A DNA stretch of 64,000 nt from Blastocatellia bacterium (GTDB lineage: Bacteria > Acidobacteriota > Blastocatellia > UBA7656): NCBI GenBank assembly GCA_963765495.1, contig CAVXWP010000007.1, forward strand, positions 128,001-192,000, given 5' to 3'. Below the pieces are notes generated by a model that was not told the origin of the DNA, did no database searches, and worked only from the letters and a program-made list of their open reading frames with translations. Position 1 is the first letter of the stretch. Each line of letters begins with the position of its first letter. Of the stretch, positions 51,242 to 61,395 are shown in pieces. The translations under genes and the position numbers were made by a program.

Positions 51242-53941
51242 ATGCTGGAGGAGTTAATGGCGAAACGAGCTAGACTCACGGGCCAGGTGCTTGATGGAAA
51301 ATATCATCTCGACAAACGGCTCGGACGCGGAGGCATGGGAGCCGTCTATCTTGCCACGCATCTGGGCACAAAGCGCCCGGTCGCGCTGAAGGTGATCGCG
51401 CCGCAGTTTATGGCCAACACGGAATTCGTCGAGCGGTTCAGGCGCGAGGCCGAAGCGGCGGGACGCCTGCGTCATCCAAACGTCGTCAACGTTACCGATT
51501 TCGGTTTTGCCCGCGTAGGCGAAAACGATCTCGCCTATCTTGTGATGGAGTATCTGGACGGCGCAACGCTCGGCGAAACGCTCAAACAGAGAGGCCGCCT
51601 GCCTCTCGAGATGGTCGTGGACATTGTGGAACAGGTTTGCCTGGCCATAGACGACGCTCATCAGCAGGGGGTGATACACAGAGACTTGAAGCCCGATAAC
51701 ATCTGGCTCGAACCCGACCGTCGAGGCGGATACAACGTCAAGGTGCTCGATTTCGGACTCGCCAAACTCCGCGATGCGGCTGTGACCGATACCGAAACTG
51801 AATTGCCGCGCGAGGAACTTCCCCGTATGATGACGCGCGCGGGAGCAGACAATCGGCCCGAGACGCTCGGCCTGAAACGGGCGACCGCCGCTCCATCATC
51901 TGATCTGGCCGAAGGGGAAGCCGCCACGCGGATACAATCAATTGCTGAGAGCGAACAGGAGCAAACCGCTTTATTCGATCATCCTCCCGACGATGATGAT
52001 GCCGAATATGACATCGAAGATTATGGGGAACAACAGACCGCTTTGTTTGATCAACAGACCGAATCGGCTGACTCTGATCTCGAAGCCGCCACGCAGATAC
52101 AATCAATCACCGAGAGCCGGTCAGCCAATGAGACAGATGAAGAGAGCGGCGGCGAAACAGGCAGTGAAATCAGCAGTGAAATCAGCAGTGAAATCAGCGC
52201 GAGTTCCTCTCGGCAGCGATCATCAACAGGCGCGTTCGACCTCAGCACCTCCTCAACATCGAACCTCACTCGCATAGGCGCGGTCATGGGCACGCCGCTT
52301 TACATGTCGCCCGAACAATGTCGTGGCCAGGCGCTCGACTACGGTTCCGACATATACAGTCTTGGTGTGGTCGTCTATCAGATGCTGGCCGGAGAGCCGC
52401 CTTTTGACGGAAGCATGAACGAGCTAATACTCAAGCACACCGAAGAAGCGCCTCCTCCGCTCTCGGACCGAATGAGCGATATTCCAAAACCTGTCGAAGC
52501 CGTCGTGATGTCGGCGCTCGCAAAAAGGGTGTCGGACCGCCCTCAAAGCGCGCAATCCTTTGCCGATGCATTTCGTGCCACAGCCGAAGACGACGCGGCG
52601 ATATTGCGACAGGCAAAGCAAATCTATTACGGCAATATACCGAATTTTCTGTCGGCCACTTTTCTTGCTTACACACCTTTCATACTGCTTACGGTTGTGT
52701 TGAGCGGGGCGCTTTCGCTTGCGCAGGTGAATCCGCTGGGCGTCACTGCCTTATGTTTCTGGCCGTTGTTTGTCCTGATAATCATAGTCGCAAACCATAT
52801 CAAGACAGCCGTCTTTACAAGGGTAATTTACTTGCTTCGGGTTTCGCCTGACACGCGCCCTACTGCTCGACAAAACCTGACCGCCTTGATCGCAAGCGCG
52901 GGCCCTCTTTTGAAGACGACTTTGCAGAGCATGCTCGCTACCGTCGCGGGGCTTGTGAAACTCGTTGTGCCGGGTGTTCGGACCTCGATAAAACATGCGC
53001 TCTTTCCCTCCGTAGTGATTGTGGAAGGAAAAGAAGGAACGGCGGCGCTCGTGCGTTCCGAGCAACTGGTCAAGCCTCTGCAATCGGTCGCGGCGGCGCT
53101 CGACATGCGCCATATGGGCATCGCGCTTGCGGCGTTTTTAGCCCTTCCATTTTTCGGGATGGTTGGGATTGTGGCCTCGGGCGGCCCGCCCGAGTTGTGG
53201 TTCTATACTACGCTGAGATCGAGATATGTCACCATCGGCTATACGTGGTTTATGCTCTTCATAATCCATTCCGTTTACGGCACGATCCCTCTTGTCCTGC
53301 TCTATTTCAGAGCGCGGCAGGCAAGGGGCGAGGCGCTTGAGCGAACCGCCGACCAGCAGTCGCTTGCCGAGAAGCCGCGCAAACGCCAGAGCGCGTTTGG
53401 CAAATCCACACTGGTGTGGATCATAGCGCCGTTTCTGATGCTTGCCGTCTTTCTGCTCCCGCCTTTGACTATGGGGCGACCGCCCCTCGTTGAGGCCGCG
53501 CGAACCGGGCGCAGCGGCGAAGTCAGGAAACTGATCGAGGCGGGCGCAAACGTAAACACGAAAACCACAAACGACATCACGTCATTGATGTTTGCGGCAA
53601 GAGAGGGATACCCCGACATAATAAAGGCCTTGCTAGATGCGGGCGCGGACCCGAAGGCCAGAGACGGCGACGGCGATACGGCGCTGTTATACGCGGCAGA
53701 GCAGGGGCGCGAGGATACTTTGAAATTGTTGCTCGAAGCGGGGGCAGACCCTAACGCTGCCAATAAGGAAGGGCAGACACCGCTGATGGTAGCTTCGGGC
53801 AAGGGGCGGGTTGATGTTATTCGGACTCTGCTTGCCGCCGGGGCCGATCCACACGCGACAGACAAGAAAGGCAAATCCGCATCGAGCTACGCTAAGGAGG
53901 AAGGCCACGACGAAGCGGTCGAGGCGCTAACAGGGAAGTGA
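51242..53941 (+). CDS. Hanks-type Ser/Thr kinase with multi-TM region and C-terminal ankyrin repeats
   Basis: LGRGGMGAVY, VALK, HRDLKPDN, DFG, GTPLYMSPE; about 7 hydrophobic segments; G.T.L..AA..G ankyrin repeats. Confidence 0.92.
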   Translation: MLEELMAKRARLTGQVLDGKYHLDKRLGRGGMGAVYLATHLGTKRPVALKVIAPQFMANTEFVERFRREAEAAGRLRHPNVVNVTDFGFARVGENDLAYLVMEYLDGATLGETLKQRGRLPLEMVVDIVEQVCLAIDDAHQQGVIHRDLKPDNIWLEPDRRGGYNVKVLDFGLAKLRDAAVTDTETELPREELPRMMTRAGADNRPETLGLKRATAAPSSDLAEGEAATRIQSIAESEQEQTALFDHPPDDDDAEYDIEDYGEQQTALFDQQTESADSDLEAATQIQSITESRSANETDEESGGETGSEISSEISSEISASSSRQRSSTGAFDLSTSSTSNLTRIGAVMGTPLYMSPEQCRGQALDYGSDIYSLGVVVYQMLAGEPPFDGSMNELILKHTEEAPPPLSDRMSDIPKPVEAVVMSALAKRVSDRPQSAQSFADAFRATAEDDAAILRQAKQIYYGNIPNFLSATFLAYTPFILLTVVLSGALSLAQVNPLGVTALCFWPLFVLIIIVANHIKTAVFTRVIYLLRVSPDTRPTARQNLTALIASAGPLLKTTLQSMLATVAGLVKLVVPGVRTSIKHALFPSVVIVEGKEGTAALVRSEQLVKPLQSVAAALDMRHMGIALAAFLALPFFGMVGIVASGGPPELWFYTTLRSRYVTIGYTWFMLFIIHSVYGTIPLVLLYFRARQARGEALERTADQQSLAEKPRKRQSAFGKSTLVWIIAPFLMLAVFLLPPLTMGRPPLVEAARTGRSGEVRKLIEAGANVNTKTTNDITSLMFAAREGYPDIIKALLDAGADPKARDGDGDTALLYAAEQGREDTLKLLLEAGADPNAANKEGQTPLMVASGKGRVDVIRTLLAAGADPHATDKKGKSASSYAKEEGHDEAVEALTGK
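52161..52198 (+). repeat. In-frame 12-bp tandem repeat x3 (SEIS)
   Basis: GCAGTGAAATCA x3 inside the kinase activation-segment insert. Confidence 0.85.
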
Positions 53942-54028
53942 AGCGTGATGCGTGATTTATCCGGTTTGCAAATTGTCGTTTATAGGTGGTCTGCCTGATA
54001 ATCACGGATCACGGATCACGCTTCACGC
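53938..54028. repeat. Inverted TGATGCG-heptamer element, copy C
   Basis: gtgaagcgtgatgcgtgat / atcacggatcacggatcacgcttcacg; contains the stop codons of both convergent genes. Confidence 0.8.
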
Positions 54029-56446
54029 ATTAAGTTTATTTCTGACCGGATCGCCCAACCCGTTTTGTCGCGTCTCTTTTATCAACTCTCTGACCGATTC
54101 GGCGTCCATAGGTTTTGATAGCAGGAACCCCTGTACATATTCGCAATTCATGCCGGTAAGCTGGATGATCTGTTCGCCCGTTTCTACGCCCTCCGCGATC
54201 ACATCCATCCCGAGGTTGCTTGCAAGCGTCACGATAGTGCGGACGATTTCGGAATTTTTGGGCAGGTTCATACGGGTGATGAACGAGCGATCTATCTTCA
54301 ATGTGTCTATGGGAAAGCGGTGCAGATAACTGAGCGATGAATAGCCGGTGCCGAAATCATCGAGAGAGACCTTTATGCCAAGCTGTTTGAGTTGTTTGAG
54401 CATCGCGGTTGCCGATTCTATGTTTTCGATAATCGCGCTCTCCGTAATTTCGATCTTCAGGCTGCTGGCCTCGACCCCGGTCTCGGCCAGTATCTGTTTT
54501 ATATCTTCGATAAGGGTTGGTTGTAGGAACTGCTTGCCCGACAGATTGACGCTGATGAAGAGGGGCGGGGTCGAAGGGAATTCCTGCTGCCAGGCGCGCA
54601 GTTGGCTACAGGCTTCAAAGAGCACCCACTGGCCTATTTGCAGGATGAGCCCTGTGTCTTCGGCCACGGGGATAAACTCCAGAGGCGAGATGAAACCCTG
54701 TTGAGGGTGCTCCCATCTGAGGAGCGCCTCAAGCCCCGTTATCTGCCACGAAGCAAGCGAAATGATGGGCTGATAATCGACCATGAACTCGTCTCGTTCG
54801 ATTGCGCGGCGCAAATCCGTCTCCAGTTGCAAAAGCGCCACCACGCGCGCGCGCATTCCCTTATCGAACAATTCAAATCCGCCGCGCCCGCGCTCCTTCG
54901 CGCGATACATCGCGGTGTCGGCATTGCGGAGCAAATCTTCGGGCTGATCGTTTGGCGTCAGGCTCAGGGCTATGCCGATGCTTGCCGAAGCGAACACTTC
55001 GTGGTCGTTCAGGTTGTAAGGCTGCGCGAGTTCCTTGTGAATGCGTTCGGCCGCCTGTGTGGCATCGTTTACATGTTTGAGATGATCCAGTATGACGGCA
55101 AATTCATCGCCTCCGAGTCGCGCCACCATATCGCCCGGACGGAGTGATGCCTCAAGCCTGCGCCCGACGACTTTGAGGAGATGGTCCCCGATTTCGTGTC
55201 CGAGGCTGTCGTTGACCACTTTGAAACGGTCCAGGTCGAGAAACAGCACCGCAAACAGATAATCTGGACAGTCGCGCGCGCGGTCGAGCGCTCGCTTGAG
55301 CCTGTCCATAAAAAGGGCGCGGTTTGGCAGTTCCGTCAGCGCGTCGTAAAAGGCGTTATGCAGGAGCTGTTGTTCAGTCTCTTTTTGATCGTTTATGTCG
55401 ATAAGCGAGCCGGCCATGCGGTAAAGCTCGCGTCTGCTGTTCCAGACGGCCACGCCCCGGCAGAGCATCCAGCGATACTCGCCTGTTCGGGTTCTGAGGC
55501 GATGCTCGTTCTGAAAATGAGGCGTCAGATTCAACAGGTGAGCCATTAACTCGGAGTGGACCTGCTCCACCTCTTCGGGGTGAATGCGACTGAACCACTC
55601 GTCGGGGCGGCTGCTCATCTCGTCTTCCCTGTATCCGAGCATGGCTTTCCAGCGAGGGCAGAAATGAATCTCGTTTGTTTGCACGTCCCAGTCCCACATG
55701 CCATCGTTGCCGCCTCGCACAAGCAGGGCATAGCGCTCTTCGCTTTCGGCAAGCGAGGCGAACGCTCTTTTATCATCGTCGCTTTCTCGTTTGAGCAGAG
55801 AGTTTATGCTCAACAGTTCGGCATTTCGCTCTTCGGCTCTCGTAAGCAATGTCTCGCTCAACCGCAGCATCTCTTCCTTGTGGTCGCGTTCGGCGATTGC
55901 CACATCCAGTTCCGCGTTTCTGCTTTCCAGTTCGAAATGGGCCATCGCGGCTGCGGCAATCGTCAACAGCGCCTTCGTTTGAGAGGGCTTCAGGTTCCTC
56001 GGCCTGTGATCCATCACAGAGAGCGTACCTATAATACGGCCTGTTGATGTCGCAATCGGCACTCCTGCGTAGAAACGGATTCCGGGATCGGATGCGACCA
56101 GAGAAAGGGCGCTGAATCTTTTATCTTTCCGAGCATCAGCAACGATGAAGAGCCCCTCATGTTCGATGGTGAGAGAGCAGAAAGACTCTTTCAATGGCGT
56201 CTCGGTCGATGCAAGTCCTATTTTGGATTTATGCCAGAGGAGATCGCCGTCAATAATGCTCAACAGCGCCACGGGACAACCGCAGACCTCCGACGCAAGA
56301 GATGTGAGACCATCGAATACTTCTTTCTGCTCGATGTTGGCTACACTGTATCCCCGAGAGGGCGCGAACCCGGTCGATCTGTCATCAGACATCGGCAATT
56401 TGATCACGGGCATTTCGGTTGCCGAGCCTGTAATCAATTTTTCCAT
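54023..56446 (-). CDS. GAF-PAS-GGDEF-EAL c-di-GMP signalling protein
   Basis: GAF (FC..TI, IRFYAGVP), PAS (DGMWDWD..IHPEE), RLGGDEF, EALLRW, DDFGTGYSS; start uncertain (56446-56518). Confidence 0.92.
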   Translation of the reverse strand: MEKLITGSATEMPVIKLPMSDDRSTGFAPSRGYSVANIEQKEVFDGLTSLASEVCGCPVALLSIIDGDLLWHKSKIGLASTETPLKESFCSLTIEHEGLFIVADARKDKRFSALSLVASDPGIRFYAGVPIATSTGRIIGTLSVMDHRPRNLKPSQTKALLTIAAAAMAHFELESRNAELDVAIAERDHKEEMLRLSETLLTRAEERNAELLSINSLLKRESDDDKRAFASLAESEERYALLVRGGNDGMWDWDVQTNEIHFCPRWKAMLGYREDEMSSRPDEWFSRIHPEEVEQVHSELMAHLLNLTPHFQNEHRLRTRTGEYRWMLCRGVAVWNSRRELYRMAGSLIDINDQKETEQQLLHNAFYDALTELPNRALFMDRLKRALDRARDCPDYLFAVLFLDLDRFKVVNDSLGHEIGDHLLKVVGRRLEASLRPGDMVARLGGDEFAVILDHLKHVNDATQAAERIHKELAQPYNLNDHEVFASASIGIALSLTPNDQPEDLLRNADTAMYRAKERGRGGFELFDKGMRARVVALLQLETDLRRAIERDEFMVDYQPIISLASWQITGLEALLRWEHPQQGFISPLEFIPVAEDTGLILQIGQWVLFEACSQLRAWQQEFPSTPPLFISVNLSGKQFLQPTLIEDIKQILAETGVEASSLKIEITESAIIENIESATAMLKQLKQLGIKVSLDDFGTGYSSLSYLHRFPIDTLKIDRSFITRMNLPKNSEIVRTIVTLASNLGMDVIAEGVETGEQIIQLTGMNCEYVQGFLLSKPMDAESVRELIKETRQNGLGDPVRNKLNA

Positions 56447-56683
56447 CGTCAGTATCGGGATATTTTCAACGAGCCGATATAGAGAACGGCCGTCAAATCT
56501 GCGAGCACAGACCAACATCGTGGGGGCAGGCGTTCCGCCAGTAAATTTAACCCAACTCTCGATTTATTCAAGAATTAATTTCCTCTCCGCCAAATCGGAT
56601 CGGAATAGACAGGGCCGTTCAGTATTTATTCTACGGGCATCAGGCGACAATAGTATTAGCGGGTCATTTGTCCGAAAGGCGAA

Positions 56684-56718
56684 TAGGAATAGGCCGCGGA
56701 TTCCGCGGCCTATTCCTA
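56684..56718. repeat. 35-bp palindrome TAGGAATAGGCCGCGGA-T-TCCGCGGCCTATTCCTA
   Basis: Perfect 17-bp arms matching the outer arms of the element inside the 3687-3907 MITE; a TIR-like CAGGGCCGTTCAGT lies at 56610. Confidence 0.8.
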
Positions 56719-56774
56719 CCTCCTATTCTAAATTTTGTGGAGGCGATGAGATCACGCGGATCATCCGTATTGAT

Positions 56775-57707
56775 TTACGCGGTCGCAATCAAACGATGGA
56801 CTTCATCAAGCGAGGGCAGACCTGCGCGCGCGCCCAGGTCGCGGCATTTCAGCGCCGCTACGGCATTTGCAAACCTGAGCGTCTCTTCCACGGAAAGCCC
56901 TTCGAGCAGTCCGTAAATGAAGCCGCCGTGGAAGGCATCTCCGGCACCCGTAGTATCTCGGCACTCGACGGCGAAGGCAGGCGAATGTATATAGCTCCCT
57001 CGGAAGTATGCAAGGACTCCCCGGCTTCCAAGTGTGGCGGCAATGAAGAGAGAACCCGACATCTCGGCCAGCTTCCTGAACGCGGCCCTTAAATCAGCCT
57101 CTCCGGTCATTCTTTCGGGAAAGGTGCTTGAAGATATCAGGAAATCAATCAACGGCAGCAGATGTTCGGTTCCCGGATAGATGTTGTCTATATCGAGCAC
57201 CGTAGGAATTCCGGCCCGTCGCGCAAATCGAGCCGCCGCGATTGCCGCTCCTACGTCGTGACCGTCCACAAGCAGAACGCGACCCGAAGTGACCTGCGTC
57301 TGATCCACCTCTTGCTCTTCGATAGTCAGACGGTCGTCACGGTCCCAGATGATAGTCCGCTCGCCGCTCTTCTGATCTATGATAATGAACGCGGTTTGAG
57401 TTTCGGCTCCTTCGACCGTTGCCACTCCCCCGGCTTCCACCCCCTCGCCGACAAGCGAGGCAATCTGTATTCGCCCGGCTTCGTCCGATCCGACCTTGCC
57501 GATGTAGCGGGCGCGCAATCCCAGCCGGGCAAGCGCCACCATAGCGGTGGCCGACTGGCCTCCGGGCGCGATCCGGTGTGAGAGAAATCTGATCTTGCTG
57601 TCGAATTGAGGATAAGCCGGGACGACTATCAGATGATCAACCGCGTTCAATCCCAGAGCCACGGCGTCATAGGGTTTGTCCTGCGGCAATTCGATTCCGA
57701 AATCCAT
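56775..57707 (-). CDS. PfkB/ribokinase-family carbohydrate kinase
   Basis: PGGQSAT..LARLG..IGKVGSD, DTTGAGDAFHGG. Confidence 0.93.
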   Translation of the reverse strand: MDFGIELPQDKPYDAVALGLNAVDHLIVVPAYPQFDSKIRFLSHRIAPGGQSATAMVALARLGLRARYIGKVGSDEAGRIQIASLVGEGVEAGGVATVEGAETQTAFIIIDQKSGERTIIWDRDDRLTIEEQEVDQTQVTSGRVLLVDGHDVGAAIAAARFARRAGIPTVLDIDNIYPGTEHLLPLIDFLISSSTFPERMTGEADLRAAFRKLAEMSGSLFIAATLGSRGVLAYFRGSYIHSPAFAVECRDTTGAGDAFHGGFIYGLLEGLSVEETLRFANAVAALKCRDLGARAGLPSLDEVHRLIATA

Positions 57708-57712
57708 AAAAT

Positions 57713-57844
57713 GGGGGTCAGGGGTCGGGGGCCGGGGGCCGGTGACAGGTTATTGATGTCTGTAAATTTCAGCCCGGAAACGCCAGTCATGGCTAAGAGC
57801 CGTCTGCCTGCTAATGAATAACCGGCCCCCGGCCCCCGGCCCCT
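57713..57844. repeat. Inverted GGGGCCG-heptamer element filling the ompA-pfkB intergenic space
   Basis: gggggtcaggggtcgggggccgggggccggt / accggcccccggcccccggcccct. Confidence 0.85.
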
Positions 57845-57846
57845 GT

Positions 57847-58530
57847 TTACTGTCCGACCGCGTTGTTTGTGAGCAATCGGACTTCGACGCGGCGGTTCTG
57901 CTGTCTGCCCTCGCGCGTGTCATTGTCTGCGACGGGGCGGTTCTCGCCAAAGCCCAGGATGTAGAGACGAAACAGCGGTATGTTGTGCTGCTCGGCCAGG
58001 TATCTGCGTACAGACTCGCTTCGTTCCTGGCTCAACCGTTCATTCAACGCCGTAGGCCCGTCCGATGAGGCGAATCCCTGAATCTCCATCAGATAGCCGT
58101 TGCGGTCCGTGATCTGGCTGGCCAGTTCGTCAAGCGATGACATGGCTTCGGGGGTCAGTTCGGATCTGCCTACCTTAAACCACACGGTCACGGTCTTTTG
58201 CACCGTGTACTTGTCGAGGTTAGACCGCAAATCGCTTATTGACTGTTCGACGCCCGTCACGCGGGTATTGGCCTGCTCGGCGGAAGAGGCTGCGCGGTCG
58301 GCCTGCTGTTGAGCGCGGTCGGCCCGCAGTCGCACGTCTTCGACATCGCGCGAGATACGGCTTATTTCCTGAGTGTTGCGCCGCGAGGTTTCTTCCAATT
58401 CACCGGTTCGATTTTCGAGCGGGGTGACTCGCTCGTTGACGCGGTTGCGAACATATTTCTTTGTCGCGCACGCGTTGCCCAGCGGAACCAGTGCCGCCAG
58501 GGCGATTATCGTTATCGCTTTGAGCTTCAT
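57847..58530 (-). CDS. OmpA-family lipoprotein with coiled-coil
   Basis: Lipobox-like GNAC-ATKKYV, coiled coil, NERLSQER..GFGE..NRRVEV; GGAGG RBS before ATG 58530. Confidence 0.9.
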   Translation of the reverse strand: MKLKAITIIALAALVPLGNACATKKYVRNRVNERVTPLENRTGELEETSRRNTQEISRISRDVEDVRLRADRAQQQADRAASSAEQANTRVTGVEQSISDLRSNLDKYTVQKTVTVWFKVGRSELTPEAMSSLDELASQITDRNGYLMEIQGFASSDGPTALNERLSQERSESVRRYLAEQHNIPLFRLYILGFGENRPVADNDTREGRQQNRRVEVRLLTNNAVGQ

Positions 58531-58727
58531 ACTGTCCTCCATAGGATGTCATCATATCAGAAGTTTCCAATTGTTTTTACCCGTGGTAGAAGTGAGGCGA
58601 GCCGACGCGGGCCAGAGCTGGATATGCCACAAATGATGCCATTTGCCGTGATTTCACGAACTAACTTATACTGTATTTCAGTGACGCTAAGTTATTACAT
58701 GAAAGCCGATGAGGAGTCAAGAAGTTG

Positions 58728-59492
58728 ATGAGATATGTTTTGATGCTAATTCTGGTCGTCGGAGCCTTGATGCCGCTTTCGGCCTCGGCCGATGATTGCA
58801 ACGCGCCCGACCTGATCTGCAAGGCCGCAGCCAATCAGGATCGCTCGCTTTATTTCCGCGACCACTGCCGCTATCAGCAGAAACTGCACGTCGAGCGCTT
58901 CAAGCTCAAGAACGGAAAAGAGAATATGCAGGAACTCCGCGAAACTATCGTCGAGATCGAACCCGCCGGACAACCGGACAAGACCGGCAATACCCCCGTG
59001 TCGGTTCGAGTCGTGGGCGATACCGATAAGAAAGGCAATCCAAAAGACAGGGTGAATGAAGATGAGCGCACTATGCTCTCCTTTGGAAACGTGTGGGATC
59101 TGGCATTCTTTCCGCTGTTGCCTGAAAAGATAAAGTATTACAGCTTTCAGGAGGTCGTTGCCGACCGCCCAAATGAAAAATGGTATCGCTTCATTCCGAA
59201 ACCAGAAGCCAGCGACGAGCCGCTCGCTTCTGGCGTAGTTCAACTCGACCCTCGAACCGGCGAGGTGCTGACGATAAAGATAGAAGCTCTTCACAATCTG
59301 GACGCGCTCGACAAGGAAGCGCAAAAGCTCAGAGTCTTCACCGCGACAATCGATTACTCTCAATTCGAAGGCGCGCTTCGAATGCCTACGCTTGCTTCGG
59401 GCGGGGGCGTATCAAACGTCCGCCGCTTCGAAGGAGACTTTCGGTTCCGCTTCGAAGAGAGCAAATATGTGCTTGTGAGCAAGATCGAATAG
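58728..59492 (+). CDS. Hypothetical secreted protein
   Basis: Signal peptide (ASA-DD), 254-aa ORF upstream of uvrC. Confidence 0.75.
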   Translation: MRYVLMLILVVGALMPLSASADDCNAPDLICKAAANQDRSLYFRDHCRYQQKLHVERFKLKNGKENMQELRETIVEIEPAGQPDKTGNTPVSVRVVGDTDKKGNPKDRVNEDERTMLSFGNVWDLAFFPLLPEKIKYYSFQEVVADRPNEKWYRFIPKPEASDEPLASGVVQLDPRTGEVLTIKIEALHNLDALDKEAQKLRVFTATIDYSQFEGALRMPTLASGGGVSNVRRFEGDFRFRFEESKYVLVSKIE

Positions 59493-59498
59493 GAGACA

Positions 59499-59538
59499 GT
59501 GATGCGCTCACGTGAGCGCATCACGCATCACGCATCAC
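59499..59538. repeat. 26-bp perfect palindrome plus GCATCAC heptamers upstream of uvrC
   Basis: GTGATGCGCTCAC|GTGAGCGCATCAC followed by GCATCAC x2. Confidence 0.8.
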
Positions 59539-59544
59539 TCTGCT

Positions 59545-61395
59545 ATGACGTTATCTGAAAAACTCGCCAACCTGCCGACCGAGCCCGGCTGCTATATCTA
59601 TCGCGATGAGCGGGAGAAGATTCTCTATGTCGGCAAGGCGAAGAATCTCCGCAATCGCGTGCGGCAGTACTTTCAGTCCTATCGCTCGCACGATGCCAAA
59701 ACGAATGAACTGGTATCGCGCATAAACGATGTGGAGTTGATAGTCACCGACAACGAGATAGAGGCCCTTGCGCTTGAATGCAACCTGATAAAGAAGCACA
59801 AGCCCCCCTTTAACGTCCTGCTCAAAGACGATAAGCAATACCCGCACATCAAGATCACAAATGAGGGTGCGCCTCGCGCCGTCATCGCTCGAAAGATCGT
59901 AAAGGACGGCTCGCGTTACTACGGCCCTTTTCTGCCGCCTTCGCTCGCGTGGCAGACGCTCGATTTGATCAACAAATATTTTCAGCTCCGCACCTGTACG
60001 ATGGAGATAGACGGGCGCGCCGACCGGCCCTGCCTCGAATATCACATAAAGCGATGTCTCGGCCCGTGCGTCAAGGAGCTTTGCTCGATGGAGCATTACC
60101 TTGAGGCCGTTCGCGATGTCGAGCTTCTGCTTGAAGGCAAGACGGCTGACCTCGAAGTGGCGCTGAAAGATCGAATGCAACAGGCTTCTGATGAACTCCG
60201 ATTCGAAGCGGCGGCCCGCTACCGCGATCAGCTAAAGACCATCAGCCGGCTGGGCGAGCAGCAAAAAATGATGTCGGTTTCAGGCGAAGACATAGACATT
60301 TTCGGGTACTACCGCGAGGGCTTTCAACTGGCGCTTGCGCTCTTTACGATGCGCGATGGCAAGGTGGTCGGCAAGCGCGAGTTCTACTGGGAAGATATAA
60401 CCGACCCGTTCGACCCGGGCGCATTCATAGGGCAGGCGCTCAAGCAGTATTACACGACCGGAGATTACGCGCCGGGCGAGGTCCACGTCCCCGTAGATTT
60501 CGAAGACAGAGAGTTGCTGGAAGAGTATCTTTCCGAGCAGCGCGGTCGCCGGGTTCACATCACCTCGCCGCAGCGCGGAGTAAAACGCGATCTGATAGAC
60601 CTGGTGGAAAAAAATGCCCGCCTCAATTTCGATCAGCGATTCCGCGTTCAGCGACCCGATATGCAGAAGGTCTTGCAGGAGCTACAGGAGGCGCTCGAAT
60701 TGCCCGAACTGCCCGACCGCATAGAGTCGTTCGACATCTCGAACATTCAGGGAGACGAGAACGTCGCCTCGATGGTGGTCTGCGAACACGGCGAGATGAA
60801 AAAGAGCGACTATCGCAAATTCAAAGTGCGCTCGGTCGAAGGACGCGCCGACGATTTTCAGTCGATGTATGAAGTCGTGGGGCGGAGGTATTCCAGGTTG
60901 CTCCGCGAAGACAGACCGCTGCCGAGTCTCGTGTTGATCGACGGCGGCAAGGGGCAGCTTGCGGCTGCGGCCCGCGCACTGCACGAACTCGGGCTTGAAG
61001 CCCTGCCCACGGCCTCGATTGCCAAGCGCGAAGAATTACTATTCATAAAAGGCCGCGCCGAGCCCGTCAGAATAGATCATCATTCGCCCGTGCTTCACCT
61101 GATACAGGTGATCCGCGACGAGACCCACCGCTTCGCCGTCACCTATCACCGCAAACGGCGAGCTATGCGCGATTTCAAATCCGAGCTTACCTCGATTCCC
61201 GGCGTAGGCGAAAAGCTGAAGGCCCGCCTGCTTCGCAATTTCGGCAGCCTCAAGCGTGTCTCGGAAGCAAGCTACGCCGAGTTGAAGCCCTTTGTCGGAG
61301 CGCGTCAGGCCGAGCGCATCATAGAGCATTTTGCCAACCTGCGCGCCCTTGAACTCGAAGCCGCCGAGTCTTCGGCTTCGTATGAAGCGGAATAA
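59545..61395 (+). CDS. uvrC: Excinuclease ABC subunit C
   Basis: GIY-YIG (PGCY..LYVGKAKNLR), FEAAARYRD, IESFDISN, DGGKGQL, IRDETHRFA, HhH. Confidence 0.97.
   Translation: MTLSEKLANLPTEPGCYIYRDEREKILYVGKAKNLRNRVRQYFQSYRSHDAKTNELVSRINDVELIVTDNEIEALALECNLIKKHKPPFNVLLKDDKQYPHIKITNEGAPRAVIARKIVKDGSRYYGPFLPPSLAWQTLDLINKYFQLRTCTMEIDGRADRPCLEYHIKRCLGPCVKELCSMEHYLEAVRDVELLLEGKTADLEVALKDRMQQASDELRFEAAARYRDQLKTISRLGEQQKMMSVSGEDIDIFGYYREGFQLALALFTMRDGKVVGKREFYWEDITDPFDPGAFIGQALKQYYTTGDYAPGEVHVPVDFEDRELLEEYLSEQRGRRVHITSPQRGVKRDLIDLVEKNARLNFDQRFRVQRPDMQKVLQELQEALELPELPDRIESFDISNIQGDENVASMVVCEHGEMKKSDYRKFKVRSVEGRADDFQSMYEVVGRRYSRLLREDRPLPSLVLIDGGKGQLAAAARALHELGLEALPTASIAKREELLFIKGRAEPVRIDHHSPVLHLIQVIRDETHRFAVTYHRKRRAMRDFKSELTSIPGVGEKLKARLLRNFGSLKRVSEASYAELKPFVGARQAERIIEHFANLRALELEAAESSASYEAE

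Noticed and set aside
56145-57092. 315-aa plus-strand ORF
   Set aside because: Antisense to two well-supported genes and crosses repeat scars; no recognisable domain
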